From an uncultured delta proteobacterium (GTDB lineage Bacteria > Desulfobacterota > Binatia > HRBIN30 > BPIQ01), in assembly GCA_963761335.1 (NCBI GenBank), contig CAVXGR010000018.1:288001-352000 (forward strand): a stretch of DNA of 64,000 bases. The letters are read 5' to 3'. The notes beneath the pieces are model-generated. The model was not told the origin of the DNA. It saw nothing but the letters and a program-made list of their open reading frames with translations, and ran no database searches. Below are positions 19,083-28,318 of this stretch, in pieces. The stretch's first letter is position 1. Each line of letters begins with the position of its first letter. The position numbers were made by a program, and so were the translations under genes.

Positions 19083-19143
19083 GTAGAAGCGGCGTCTCGC
19101 CGCTTCCGGAAGCGCCGAGACGGCGCTTCTACTTTGAGACAGC
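19083..19143. repeat. GTAG-type REP doublet (50 bp) plus TTTGAGACAGC end
   Basis: GTAGAAGCGGCGTCTCGCCGCTTC...GAAGCGCCGAGACGGCGCTTCTAC. Confidence 0.85.
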
Positions 19144-19230
19144 TGGAGCTATTTGCCCGCGCTCGGCGGTGGCGCTGGCCGGCGTGAGCGGGCACAATGG
19201 CCGTCGAGATACGCGAAGGGAGGAAGGGTG

Positions 19231-19743
19231 ATGGACGCGATTGAGATCATCAAGCGGCGCCTGAAGGAGGATCGCATCCCCGAGGCTCCATGGCCCGACG
19301 AGGTATCGGAGAAGAAGAAGCGGCCGCGCGAGGTGGCCTTCATGGACGTGAACCTCTGCTTTCCCTGCGGGAAGTGTCCGGAGTTCTGTCCGGTGCAGTG
19401 CATCGAGTACCTTGCCGACGGCAGTCTGCCGGGACGCGGCGTCCAGCCAGTCCAGGACCGATTCCAGGAATGCATCGGCTGCTATATCTGCGTCGAGGTC
19501 TGCGCTCTGCTCACCGACTACGACGCCGTGCGCATGTACGACGTCGGTGTGGTGGAGGACGTTCTCGGGGTGACCGTCGGCGACGCCAAGCCCGCCGAGT
19601 ACATTCCCGCGCAGCCGTACGAGGATCTCTTTTCGGAGGGCGGCGCGCAGAGCGTGCGGCACCTGGGCAAGGGCTCGCGCATTCGCGAGAAGATGAACGC
19701 CGAGGAGAAGCGCATCCTGGCGACCGCAAAGGCGCGCGGCTGA
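19231..19743 (+). CDS. 2x[4Fe-4S] dicluster ferredoxin-like protein
   Basis: CFPCGKCPEFCP and CIGCYICVEVC; GGAGG upstream. Confidence 0.85.
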   Translation: MDAIEIIKRRLKEDRIPEAPWPDEVSEKKKRPREVAFMDVNLCFPCGKCPEFCPVQCIEYLADGSLPGRGVQPVQDRFQECIGCYICVEVCALLTDYDAVRMYDVGVVEDVLGVTVGDAKPAEYIPAQPYEDLFSEGGAQSVRHLGKGSRIREKMNAEEKRILATAKARG

Positions 19744-19795
19744 TCGAGAGCCCGAGGAGCGGGGGGTCTCGCAACCGCGCTACGGCGCAACCGGC

Positions 19796-20545
19796 ATGCC
19801 GCCGAGCCGCATCCTGACCTTCGGCGAGTACGCCGCGATCCGGCACCCGACGCCGTATGTCCTCGACGTGAAGCGGGGCGGCGCGCGGCTGGTGCTCTTC
19901 GGGACACAGCACACCACCGACCCGGCCGAGCCGGTGTTCGATCAGATCGAGGCGGCATTTGCGGCGCTCGCGCCGGCCTTCGCGCTGCACGAGGGGACAG
20001 CGCCGCAGATCGAGCCCGAGCGCGAGATCGCGATTCGCAGGCACGGCGAGGCGGGGCTGGTGCGGCACCTCGCGGCGCGTGCTGACATCGACACGGCGAG
20101 CATGGACATTCCGCTGGCCGACGAGGCGGAGCTTCTGCGGCGCGAGATCGGCCCGCGCGCGGCGCTGGTATTTCTGGTGGTGCGGCAGCTGGCGTCGTAC
20201 AACCGCAAGACGGCGCGACCGGACTTCGACGGCTACTTCGGCGAGTTCTTCGAGCTCATCGCGCCGCCGCTGGGGCTGGCGATCGAGTGGCCGCTGATCG
20301 AGGCGGAGCACCGGCGCCTGCTCGGGGGCCCGCTCACGGTGGCACGCGTGACGGCGCTCGAGACCAACCCGATGCGCAACGACCTGCCGACGCAGCGGAT
20401 TGCCCGCCTCTCCAATCGCCTGCGGGACGAGCACATGCTCCGCCGCCTCCTCGAGGCGCTCGCGGAGCATGTGCGAGTCTTTGCGACAGTGGGGGTCACG
20501 CACGCGGTCATGCTGGAGCCGGCGCTGCGCGCGGAGACGGCATAA
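19796..20545 (+). CDS. hypothetical protein
   Basis: Coding-like ORF with typical codon usage; no family recognised. Confidence 0.7.
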   Translation: MPPSRILTFGEYAAIRHPTPYVLDVKRGGARLVLFGTQHTTDPAEPVFDQIEAAFAALAPAFALHEGTAPQIEPEREIAIRRHGEAGLVRHLAARADIDTASMDIPLADEAELLRREIGPRAALVFLVVRQLASYNRKTARPDFDGYFGEFFELIAPPLGLAIEWPLIEAEHRRLLGGPLTVARVTALETNPMRNDLPTQRIARLSNRLRDEHMLRRLLEALAEHVRVFATVGVTHAVMLEPALRAETA

Positions 20546-20667
20546 TTCGGGGAGGGCGAGGCTCCTCGGGAACCTCTGCTCCGCCGTTCTCCGTTCTCAT
20601 TCCCGGTCCTCACCGCCGAGCCAGGCGCTGATCCGTGCCGGAGGCGAGCAAGATGGCGGCATTCCCG

Positions 20668-22716
20668 TTAGCTGCTCTGCCGCTTCTTCTTGCTTGTCTT
20701 GGCGCTCTTTCTCTTTTCCCTCTGCGCCTTGGCGGTCCTCTTGGCGCCCTTTCTCTTTCCCTGCGGCGCCTCGGCGGTGCTCTTGGCGGTCCCGGTGCGC
20801 TCGGTGCCGTAGCCTTCCAGGCGCGCCACCGCGTCGCGGAAGTCCGGCGAGCGGATGGTCTCGATGACGGCCTGGCCGAGGCGGCTGTCGGCGAAGTCGC
20901 GGCGCAGGACCAGGTCGTAGTCCTCCTGCTCGACGGGAATGAAGTCGAGGCCGAGGGCGGCGGCGGCCGACTTGATGCCGAGGCCACAGTCGGCGAGACC
21001 GCTGGCGACGGCGACGGCGACCGCCATGTGGGTGAACTCCTCGCGCTCGTAGCCGCGGATCTGCTGTGGCCGCAGCTTCAGCTTGGCGAGCTTGTAGTCG
21101 AGAAGGACGCGGGTGCCGGCGCCGAGCTGGCGGTTGACGAAGCTGACGTCGTCGCGCGCCAGGTCGGTGAGGCCGCTGATGCCCTTTGGATTGCCGGCGG
21201 CGACCATCAAGCCCTGCTGGCGCACGACCAGGTTGAGAATCAGCAGTGGTATGCCCGCGAGATGGCGGGCGATGTCGGGGAGATTGTACTCGCCCGTCTG
21301 CGGGTCGAGGAGGTGGGTGCCGACCATGTGCGCCTCGCCGCGCTTCAGGGCGATCAGGCCGCCGAGGCTGCCGACGTTGGTGGCGGAGAGGCGCCGCTCG
21401 GGGGAGCGGCGCTTGAGGCAGTCCTCGAGGACACCGATGGTGAGGTCGTGGCTGCCGCTGACGACGACGGTGTTGTCGATATCGCTCGCCGGCCGCAGCA
21501 GCTCGATCGGTGCCGTCTCGCCGGCGTTGATCCCTTCCGAAAGCGGCGGGATGCGCAGGAAGCCGTCGGCGCGCACCATGGTGGTGATCACGCCGGCGCC
21601 GCGGCCGAGGGGATTGGCGACGATGCGCCCGCCGACGCGGCCGAGGGTGACGCGCAGGAACTCCTCCAGCCCGAGGCGCGAGGGAATCTTGCGCGGCACC
21701 AGCGCCTCGACTGTCTGTGGCGGCTCGGGGACGGTGCCGAGGAGCTTGGCGAGCAGCGGCCGCAGCACCTGCTGGCAGACGATGATGGCGGAGACCGGAT
21801 ATCCCGGAAGGCCGAGCACCGGTGTGTTGCCGATGCGGGCGCAGATCGCCGGCTTGCCGGGCATGATGTCGATGCCGTGCACGAGGATCTCGCCGCGGCG
21901 GGCCACGGCGTGCACGGTGTAGTCGTGCTCGCCAGCCGAGGAGCCGGCGATCACCGTGACCACATCGTGGTCTCGCGCCGCCTGCTCGATGGCCGTGGCG
22001 ATGCTGTCGAGGTCGTCGCGGACGCGCGGCAGGCGGTGCGGCTCACCGCCCCATTCGCGCACGAAGCCGGCGATCACTCGCGAGTTGAACTCGATGACGG
22101 CTCCGGGGGAGGGCGGCGCATCCGGCTCGATCAGCTCGCTGCCGGTGGCGATGATGGCGACGCGCGGCCGCGGCGCGACGTCGACGGAGACGTGGCCCGC
22201 GGCCAGCAGGGCGCCGATGTCGAAGGGGCGGATGCGATGCCCGCGCGGCAGCAGCGGCTCGGTGGCGACGATATCCTCGCCGACCAGGCGCACGTGCTGC
22301 CAGGGCGCCGCCGCGGCGCGGATGGCGACGTGGTCGTCGTCCACCGGATAGAGGTGCTCGACCATGATCACGGCGTTTGCCCAGGGCGGCAGCGGGTTGC
22401 CGGTGTCGACGTAGGCGAACGGGCGTTGCACGCCGGCCGGGATCTGCTCCGTGCGGCGCTCGAGCCGCGCCAGTGACACCGGGGAGCGCTCGCTGGCGCC
22501 GAAGGAGTCCTCGGCGCGCACGGCGATCCCGTCCATCGCCGCGCCGTGGTAGTGCGGCGCCGAGATGCGCGCGAATACCGGCGCCGCCGTCACCCGGTGC
22601 AGAGCATCCTCCGCCGCCACTGTCTCCGGCGGCCGGCCGGCCAGCGGCAGCTCGTCGACGAACAGCCGCAGTGTCTCGGCGAGAGACTTCTTGTTGAGAT
22701 AGCGCGTGCGCGGCAT
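20668..22716 (-). CDS. moeA: MoeA fused to a periplasmic-binding-protein-like domain
   Basis: AMDGIAV, TGSEL, PGKP, LPGYPVS, then GSHD, VGSLGGL, VNRQ.GAGTR.LLD. Confidence 0.9.
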   Translation of the reverse strand: MPRTRYLNKKSLAETLRLFVDELPLAGRPPETVAAEDALHRVTAAPVFARISAPHYHGAAMDGIAVRAEDSFGASERSPVSLARLERRTEQIPAGVQRPFAYVDTGNPLPPWANAVIMVEHLYPVDDDHVAIRAAAAPWQHVRLVGEDIVATEPLLPRGHRIRPFDIGALLAAGHVSVDVAPRPRVAIIATGSELIEPDAPPSPGAVIEFNSRVIAGFVREWGGEPHRLPRVRDDLDSIATAIEQAARDHDVVTVIAGSSAGEHDYTVHAVARRGEILVHGIDIMPGKPAICARIGNTPVLGLPGYPVSAIIVCQQVLRPLLAKLLGTVPEPPQTVEALVPRKIPSRLGLEEFLRVTLGRVGGRIVANPLGRGAGVITTMVRADGFLRIPPLSEGINAGETAPIELLRPASDIDNTVVVSGSHDLTIGVLEDCLKRRSPERRLSATNVGSLGGLIALKRGEAHMVGTHLLDPQTGEYNLPDIARHLAGIPLLILNLVVRQQGLMVAAGNPKGISGLTDLARDDVSFVNRQLGAGTRVLLDYKLAKLKLRPQQIRGYEREEFTHMAVAVAVASGLADCGLGIKSAAAALGLDFIPVEQEDYDLVLRRDFADSRLGQAVIETIRSPDFRDAVARLEGYGTERTGTAKSTAEAPQGKRKGAKRTAKAQREKRKSAKTSKKKRQSS

Positions 22717-22722
22717 TGAGAC

Positions 22723-22805
22723 GGTTGTTAGGTTGTTGGTTGTGAAGTTGTCAGGTTTGGTTTGTTGGGATTGAAAATAACCTAACAACCAACAACCCAA
22801 CAACC
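22723..22805. repeat. inverted-arm short tandem repeat element (GGTTGTTA/TAACAACC type)
   Basis: AT-richer 7-8-bp units; GGTTGTT(A/G) on the left and (T/C)AACAACC on the right; fills the gap between the moeA paralogs. Confidence 0.75.
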
Positions 22806-22811
22806 TGCCTG

Positions 22812-24047
22812 TCAGAACAAAATGACCTCCACCTCCGTCCCCGCTTCCACTCCTTCGGCGCCGGCATCGATGCGCACGAGTCCATCGGCCTTGACGAGGG
22901 TGAAGATGGCTCCGGAGCTTCCGGGCATCGGCCGGGCGCGGCGGCCGTCTTCGCTGTCCTCGAGGACGACGCGCACGTAGTCCTCGCGGCCGGGCTGGGA
23001 GGCGACGTTCTCGGCGAGCACGGCACGCACCGTGCGGCTCGGGGCGAAGGCGTCGCGCGACGATTCGCCACCGAGCATGCGCAGCAGCGGCGCCCCGAAC
23101 AGGTCGAAGATCACCAGTGCCGACACGGGGTGGCCCGGCAGGCCGAGCACCGGCTTGCCGAGCGCGCGGCAGAGGATGGTCGGCTTTCCCGGAGCCACGG
23201 AGATGCCGTGCAGCAGGACCTCCGATTGCGGAAAGCTGGTGATCACCTCGACGGCGATGTCCTTCGCCCCCACGGAGCTGCCGCCGGAGAGGAGGACGAC
23301 GTCGTGGCGTGCCAGCGCCGTCGCCAGCGCCTTGCGCAGCTTCTGCGGCTGATCGGGGACGACGCCGTAGTCGGTCACCACGGCACCGGCCTCCTCGGCC
23401 ATGGCGCGCAGCGAGTACTGATTGATGTTGCGCACCTGCCCGGGCTTCGGCTTCTGCTGCGGGGGAACGATCTCGTCGCCGGTGGAGAGCAGCGCGGCGC
23501 GCGGGCGGTTGTGGACCAGAACCCGGGTGATGCCGACGCCGGTGAGCGCGCCGAGATCGCGAGCGCGGAGGCGGCGCCCGCGCGAGAAGATCGGGGCCCC
23601 GGCGGCGATGTCCTCGCCGGCGCGCAGCACGTGCTGCCACGGAGAAACGCCGCGCTGGACCTCCACCGTGCCGTCGCCGACCTCGTCGGTGTGCTCGATC
23701 ATGACCACGGCGTCGGCTCCCGGCGGCAGCATGCCGCCGGTCGGGATTGCCGTCGCTTCGCCCTTGCGCAGACGGCGCTTCGCCGCGCGGCCCATCTCCA
23801 CGGCGCCGGCGAGCTTCAGGTACGCCGGCGTGCTCGCCGAGGCGCCGAAGGTATCGGCGGCGCGCACCGCATAGCCGTCCATGTTGGAACGGTGGAAATG
23901 GGGCAGCTCGGCCGGCGCCGCCAGATCCTCGGCGAGCACGCGGCGGTGAGCGCCGGCGACGGCGACGCGTTCACTGCCCACCGGCGCAAAGCGCGCCAGC
24001 TGGGTGCGCGCCTCGTCGGTGGTCACGACCTTGAAGAAGGCCTTCAC
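22812..24047 (-). CDS. moeA: molybdopterin molybdotransferase MoeA
   Basis: SNMDGYAV, TGGMLPPGADAVVMIE, STGDE, SGGSS, PGKP, GLPGHPVS; GTG start overlaps the upstream stop. Confidence 0.93.
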   Translation of the reverse strand: MKAFFKVVTTDEARTQLARFAPVGSERVAVAGAHRRVLAEDLAAPAELPHFHRSNMDGYAVRAADTFGASASTPAYLKLAGAVEMGRAAKRRLRKGEATAIPTGGMLPPGADAVVMIEHTDEVGDGTVEVQRGVSPWQHVLRAGEDIAAGAPIFSRGRRLRARDLGALTGVGITRVLVHNRPRAALLSTGDEIVPPQQKPKPGQVRNINQYSLRAMAEEAGAVVTDYGVVPDQPQKLRKALATALARHDVVLLSGGSSVGAKDIAVEVITSFPQSEVLLHGISVAPGKPTILCRALGKPVLGLPGHPVSALVIFDLFGAPLLRMLGGESSRDAFAPSRTVRAVLAENVASQPGREDYVRVVLEDSEDGRRARPMPGSSGAIFTLVKADGLVRIDAGAEGVEAGTEVEVILF

Positions 24048-24856
24048 CGGGCGAAGCGTACGTGCGTGAGGCATGGCAGCTCTCGGCGAATCCTCTGCTG
24101 ATGCTCGCGATCGATTTCCGCGAGGATGACGCCCTCGCTCTCGGGGGCGCGCGCCAGCACCGTGCCCCACGGGTCGACGATCATCGAGCTGCCGAAGTCG
24201 CGGCTGCGGCGTGGCGTGATGCCGATCTGGTCGGGGGCGATGACGTAGACCTGATTCTCGATGGCGCGGGCGCGCAGCAGCGGCTCCCAGTGCGCCGCGC
24301 CGGTGGGGAAGGTGAAGGCGGAGGGGACGCAGATGATCTCGGCGCCGGCGAGGGTGAGGGCGCGATAGAGCTCGGGAAAGCGCAGGTCGTAGCACACCGT
24401 CAGCCCGAGGGTGCCGAGGGGGGTGGGCACGGTGACGATCTGGTCGCCGCCGAGACGCGCCGCCGACTCGCGCACACTCACCTGCCCGGGGATCTCGACG
24501 TCGAACAGGTGTGCCTTGCGGTAGCGTCCCCGCAGCTCGCCGCTGTCGTCGAAGAGGACCGAGGTGTTGTACGCCTTGTCGCCTCCGGGAATGCGCTCGA
24601 GAACGGAGCCGGCGAGAAGATGGATGCGGTGCGCCCGCGCCCATTCGGCGCAGCGCGCCGTGGTCGGACCGGGGATGTCCTCGGCCCCGGCGAGCTCGTC
24701 GCCCGGAGCACCGCGCCAGTTGAACACCTCCGGCAATACCACCAGGCGGGCGCCGCGGTCCGCGGCCACCGACACGAACGCCTCCGCCTTGGCGAGATTG
24801 GCGTCCTTGTCGCTGCCGGCGCAGAGCTGAATGGCTGCGGCGAGAAAGCGGTTCAT
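24044..24856 (-). CDS. carbon-nitrogen hydrolase (Nit1-like)
   Basis: Catalytic E-K-C motifs LPE, YRKAHLFD, VCYDLRFPE. Confidence 0.92.
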   Translation of the reverse strand: MNRFLAAAIQLCAGSDKDANLAKAEAFVSVAADRGARLVVLPEVFNWRGAPGDELAGAEDIPGPTTARCAEWARAHRIHLLAGSVLERIPGGDKAYNTSVLFDDSGELRGRYRKAHLFDVEIPGQVSVRESAARLGGDQIVTVPTPLGTLGLTVCYDLRFPELYRALTLAGAEIICVPSAFTFPTGAAHWEPLLRARAIENQVYVIAPDQIGITPRRSRDFGSSMIVDPWGTVLARAPESEGVILAEIDREHQQRIRRELPCLTHVRFAR

Positions 24857-25064
24857 GGCGCGGGGCTCCCGCTTCGTCTATCGGAGGGGGTGCGGAGGGT
24901 CAATCGGGAGGAAGTCGGGTAGCGGGCCGGCTCTCGATGCCTTCATTTTCGGTTCTCATTCTCGGTTCTCATCCCGTCGTTTCCCATTGTTCTGCGAGCC
25001 GCGAGCCGCCGAGTCGCGCGCCGATTGTACCCGAAGCCGTGAATGTGGTACCCGCAGGACAGAA

Positions 25065-25631
25065 ATGGTGCGCCTCATCAAGCGGTACGGCAACCGCAAG
25101 CTCTACGACACCCACGCCAGCTCGTACATCACCCTCGACGGCATCACCACGCTGGTTCGCCAGGGCGAGGACGTGCGCGTCGTCGACAACGACAGCGGCG
25201 AGGACCTGACCTCGCTGGTCTTTGCGCAGATCATTCTCGAGGAGGAGAAACGCAAGAGCGGCCTCCTGAGCCTGCCGGCGCTGCGCTGGATCATCCGCGA
25301 AGGCGAGGCGCGCCTCAGCGAGCTGCGCGAGCGGGTCGACAAAGGGCGCGAGGCGATCGACAACGTCCGCGACATCGCCGAGAAGAGCGTCGGGGAGGTC
25401 GGCCGCGGCATTCGCGACATTCTCGAGAAGCCACAGCGCCAGCTCGATGCCATCCAGCACCAGATCGACAACCAGGTGCGTCGCTCGGTGCAGAGAATCG
25501 CCGGGCATCCCACCGTTCAGAATGAGCTCGAGCGCATCAAGATGAGCCTCAAGCGGCTGGAGCGCCAGATTGGCCGGCTCCAGCGGCAGAGCAACAAGCC
25601 GGAGAAACGGCCGCGGCGCAATGCGTCATAG
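25065..25631 (+). CDS. PhaR-type PHA synthesis regulator (DNA-binding domain plus coiled coil)
   Basis: RLIKRYGNRKLYDT..S.YITL, SGEDLT...FAQII.EEE. Confidence 0.85.
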   Translation: MVRLIKRYGNRKLYDTHASSYITLDGITTLVRQGEDVRVVDNDSGEDLTSLVFAQIILEEEKRKSGLLSLPALRWIIREGEARLSELRERVDKGREAIDNVRDIAEKSVGEVGRGIRDILEKPQRQLDAIQHQIDNQVRRSVQRIAGHPTVQNELERIKMSLKRLERQIGRLQRQSNKPEKRPRRNAS

Positions 25632-25661
25632 ACTTCTGGACCGCGGCTCTTGGAGGTGTTC

Positions 25662-26126
25662 ATGAACCCGTTCTGGAGGCGATCCGTCCGAGCCGTGCTC
25701 GCCTTGCTTCTGATCTGCGCCGCGGCGGTCTCCGCTGCGGAGCTGTCCAAGGAGCTTCAGGATAAGCTGGCCAGCAGCACCTACGTCTACATATCCTCGC
25801 AGCGGAAGAGCGGTGAGCTCGGCAAGCCCGCCGAGATCTGGTTCTACTATGGCGACGGAGCTGTATGGGTCGCGAGCCCGCCGACGGCGTGGCGCGTGCG
25901 GCGTATTCTCGCCGGACGGAAGAACGCCAGGATTGCCGTCGGCAGTGTCGGCGGCCCGTCCTTCATGGCGACCGGCGAGATCGTCAAGAGCCCTGCCATG
26001 GAAGACCGGCTGCTTGCCGCCTACGCCAAGAAGTATCCGGAAGGTTGGAAGAAATTCGAAGACAACTTCCGCAAGGGCTTCGCCGATGGTTCTCGTCTAC
26101 TGATTCGCTACACGCCGAAGGGCTGA
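25662..26126 (+). CDS. exported protein, possible split-barrel (PNPOx/DUF2255-like) fold
   Basis: GGAGG RBS, signal peptide, R.SG....EIWF, WRVRRI, AYAKKY. Confidence 0.65.
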   Translation: MNPFWRRSVRAVLALLLICAAAVSAAELSKELQDKLASSTYVYISSQRKSGELGKPAEIWFYYGDGAVWVASPPTAWRVRRILAGRKNARIAVGSVGGPSFMATGEIVKSPAMEDRLLAAYAKKYPEGWKKFEDNFRKGFADGSRLLIRYTPKG

Positions 26127-26332
26127 TCCGGACAGGCACCATTGCCACCCGGCCGCCGCGCGATTCCGCGATGGGTCGCACTTTTGCGACTCTCTGCTCC
26201 GACCATCTGTCGCTCGAAGTTTTTCCCATTGAGCCCCCTTCGCCACGGCACGTCGATTGCTCTTCCAGTGGGATATGTCGAATCGGAACACGCGCTCGGG
26301 ACCGCCGTGCAGGTCTGGGCTCTGGAGATGCC

Positions 26333-26749
26333 ATGTCCCGCGCCCCTGATAGAGATATCGCGCGTATGTTTTCTGAGCTTCACAGAGATGAATCCGAAAT
26401 CGACGTCGATCTGGTGCGCTCCGCGTCCCTCGCTGGCGGCGAGCCCCGTAACGGTCAGCTGACCGGAACCAAGGCGCTGATGCTGGCGGTTCTGGAAGAC
26501 GGCATCCGGAGCTATCTGAGCGGCTCGCGCTCGGTGGCGCAGGAGGCCGAATTCTGGGTGCACTCCGAGAAACGGCGCTCGCCGTTCTCGTTCATTGTGG
26601 TGTGCGAGATGCTTGGTCTGGATACCGGAGCCGTACGCTTGGCGCTCAAGCGTTTGCGCGAGCGCCGGGTACCGGCGCGCAAGGCGCTGCCGCGGGCTCG
26701 CCCGAATGTGCGCGTCTCGGGCCGCGTGTGCGCGCGCGGTAGCGACTGA
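26333..26749 (+). CDS. conserved hypothetical protein (LMLAVLED...PFSF..VCE.LGLD family)
   Basis: GTKALMLAVLEDGI...EAEFWV...SPFSFIVVCEMLGLD; recalled as a paralogous family in Binatia-like genomes. Confidence 0.75.
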   Translation: MSRAPDRDIARMFSELHRDESEIDVDLVRSASLAGGEPRNGQLTGTKALMLAVLEDGIRSYLSGSRSVAQEAEFWVHSEKRRSPFSFIVVCEMLGLDTGAVRLALKRLRERRVPARKALPRARPNVRVSGRVCARGSD

Positions 26750-26756
26750 ATCGGTT

Positions 26757-27098
26757 TCAGTCGCCGGGCTGGTTGTGCTTCCAGCGCTCGTACTTCTGCT
26801 GAAAGCGCTCTTTTTCATGCGGCGGTAGCGCCTCGTAGCGCTGATAGTTGCGGCGAATGCGTTTGCGCTCGTCGTCCGGCATGCCCTGCCAGCGCTGGTA
26901 GCGGCGCTCGATCTCCTGCTGCCGCGACGGGGGCAGCTGCTGGTGCTCGCGGTAGTTGCGCATGGCATCGTAGCGCTGGCCGGGAGAGAGATCCTGCCAG
27001 TCTTCGGCCATCTGCCAATTTCGAGCGGCGGCGACCATCGGCGTGGTGAGCAGCAGCAGCGCCGGTAGCAGGGCCGGGAGGATCGCCCGGGCTCTCAT
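26757..27098 (-). CDS. DUF3106-like exported protein
   Basis: Signal peptide and repeated W/Y..L(S/P)P..(R/K) helices; coupled to the anti-sigma gene. Confidence 0.75.
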   Translation of the reverse strand: MRARAILPALLPALLLLTTPMVAAARNWQMAEDWQDLSPGQRYDAMRNYREHQQLPPSRQQEIERRYQRWQGMPDDERKRIRRNYQRYEALPPHEKERFQQKYERWKHNQPGD

Positions 27099-27610
27099 CC
27101 GGCGCCTTTCCGCTTGCCGTTTTCGTCCAGAGGAATGGCCTCGACCGATTCGAAGTTCTCGAACTCGTCGAGGTGTTCGATGATCGGATAGTCCTGGAAG
27201 AGCTCCGTCTCCTTCGCCAGCTTGGGCGGGGGGGACTGCAAGCCGAGAGGGACGAGGACGGTGCTGGGTCCGCCCAGCGGCCCGGCGGCCACGAGAATGG
27301 CCGTAGCCGTCACCGCCGCCACGGCGAGCGGCTTCCATATCCACGCAAGCCATGCGGCCCAGCCGGGGGAGACCTCGTTGGCCTCGGCGAGCTTCTGCCG
27401 CAGGCGCGTCTCGAAGCCGAGGCTGAGCTCGGGAAGCGGCAGCGCCAGGGCCGACTGCTGGATGTGCACGGTGCGCTCGATGCTCCGCAGCTCCCGGCGG
27501 CAATCACCGCAGGTCTGCAGGTGGTCGCGAAGCCGCTCGGCCTCCGCCCCGGTCAGGGCGCCATCGGCGAGCGCGGTGAGGTCCTTTCGAATGTCGCTGC
27601 AGCGTGTCAC
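27095..27610 (-). CDS. zinc-binding anti-sigma factor (zf-HC2)
   Basis: HLQTCGDC (HxxxCxxC) and a single TM helix; follows the ECF sigma gene. Confidence 0.88.
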   Translation of the reverse strand: MTRCSDIRKDLTALADGALTGAEAERLRDHLQTCGDCRRELRSIERTVHIQQSALALPLPELSLGFETRLRQKLAEANEVSPGWAAWLAWIWKPLAVAAVTATAILVAAGPLGGPSTVLVPLGLQSPPPKLAKETELFQDYPIIEHLDEFENFESVEAIPLDENGKRKGAG

Positions 27611-28206
27611 GTCGCTTCCGTCCCCAGGATGTCTCCGAGGCCGTCTCGCATCGCCACGGTGGCGCGGTGCACCAAGCTCTTCACCGCCGACACCGAGCAG
27701 CTGAGGCTCTCGGCAATCTCCTCATACGAGAAACCTTCGACGCGGGCCAGTAGCAGCGCCGCCTTCTGCTGCGGCGGCAACCCCTCGAGGAGAGCCTGCA
27801 TCCGCTCCTTCACCTGGCTGGCAATGGCGGTGGCCTCCCCGTCGGCGATTCTCGGGTCGGCCAGCTCGCCGGCGCGCTCGCTCTCGTCATCGGGGTCGGT
27901 ACCGCCGAGCGGCTCCATGCGCACACGATGCTCCGGGCGGCGCACCTCGGTCAAGCAGGTGTTGGTGGCGATTCGATAGAGCCAGGTGGTGAAGCGCGCC
28001 CGCGGCTCGTAGCTCTTCCGGGCTCGATAGACCTGCAGGAAGACGTCCTGGGCCAGCTCCTCTGCTCGAGATTGAGATTGAACGAACTGCATCGCGTATC
28101 GCACTATCTGGCGGGCATACTTGCCGTACAACTCCTTGAACGCTGCAGAGTCGCCTGCCTTCACGGCCAGCATCAACTGCACGTCCGGGTCCTCTCCCGG
28201 TCGCAC
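27607..28206 (-). CDS. ECF RNA polymerase sigma factor
   Basis: AEELAQDVF, FTTWLYRIATN, EGFSYEEIA, VKSLVHRA. Confidence 0.93.
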   Translation of the reverse strand: MRPGEDPDVQLMLAVKAGDSAAFKELYGKYARQIVRYAMQFVQSQSRAEELAQDVFLQVYRARKSYEPRARFTTWLYRIATNTCLTEVRRPEHRVRMEPLGGTDPDDESERAGELADPRIADGEATAIASQVKERMQALLEGLPPQQKAALLLARVEGFSYEEIAESLSCSVSAVKSLVHRATVAMRDGLGDILGTEAT

Positions 28207-28318
28207 TCAATCTCCTATAACTCTCGAAAGCTCCAAAGGTTGCGCCATCCTCCCGCCTGCGACGAGGCCCGGCGGGCGGCCTCGCCCCGCCTGCCTGGCG
28301 GGCGCCCCTGGACGTCGG

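Noticed and set aside
20549..20610. GGGAGGGCGAGGCTCC fragment and TTCTC-rich tract (similar tract at 24945-24990)
   Set aside because: Possibly decayed REP or repeat remnants, but too short and degenerate to support a call.
20668..23640. 990-aa ORF suggesting a longer or fused MoeA
   Set aside because: The N-terminal ~308 codons are an off-frame read through the upstream moeA and the repeat spacer; homology starts at MPRTRYL (22716).
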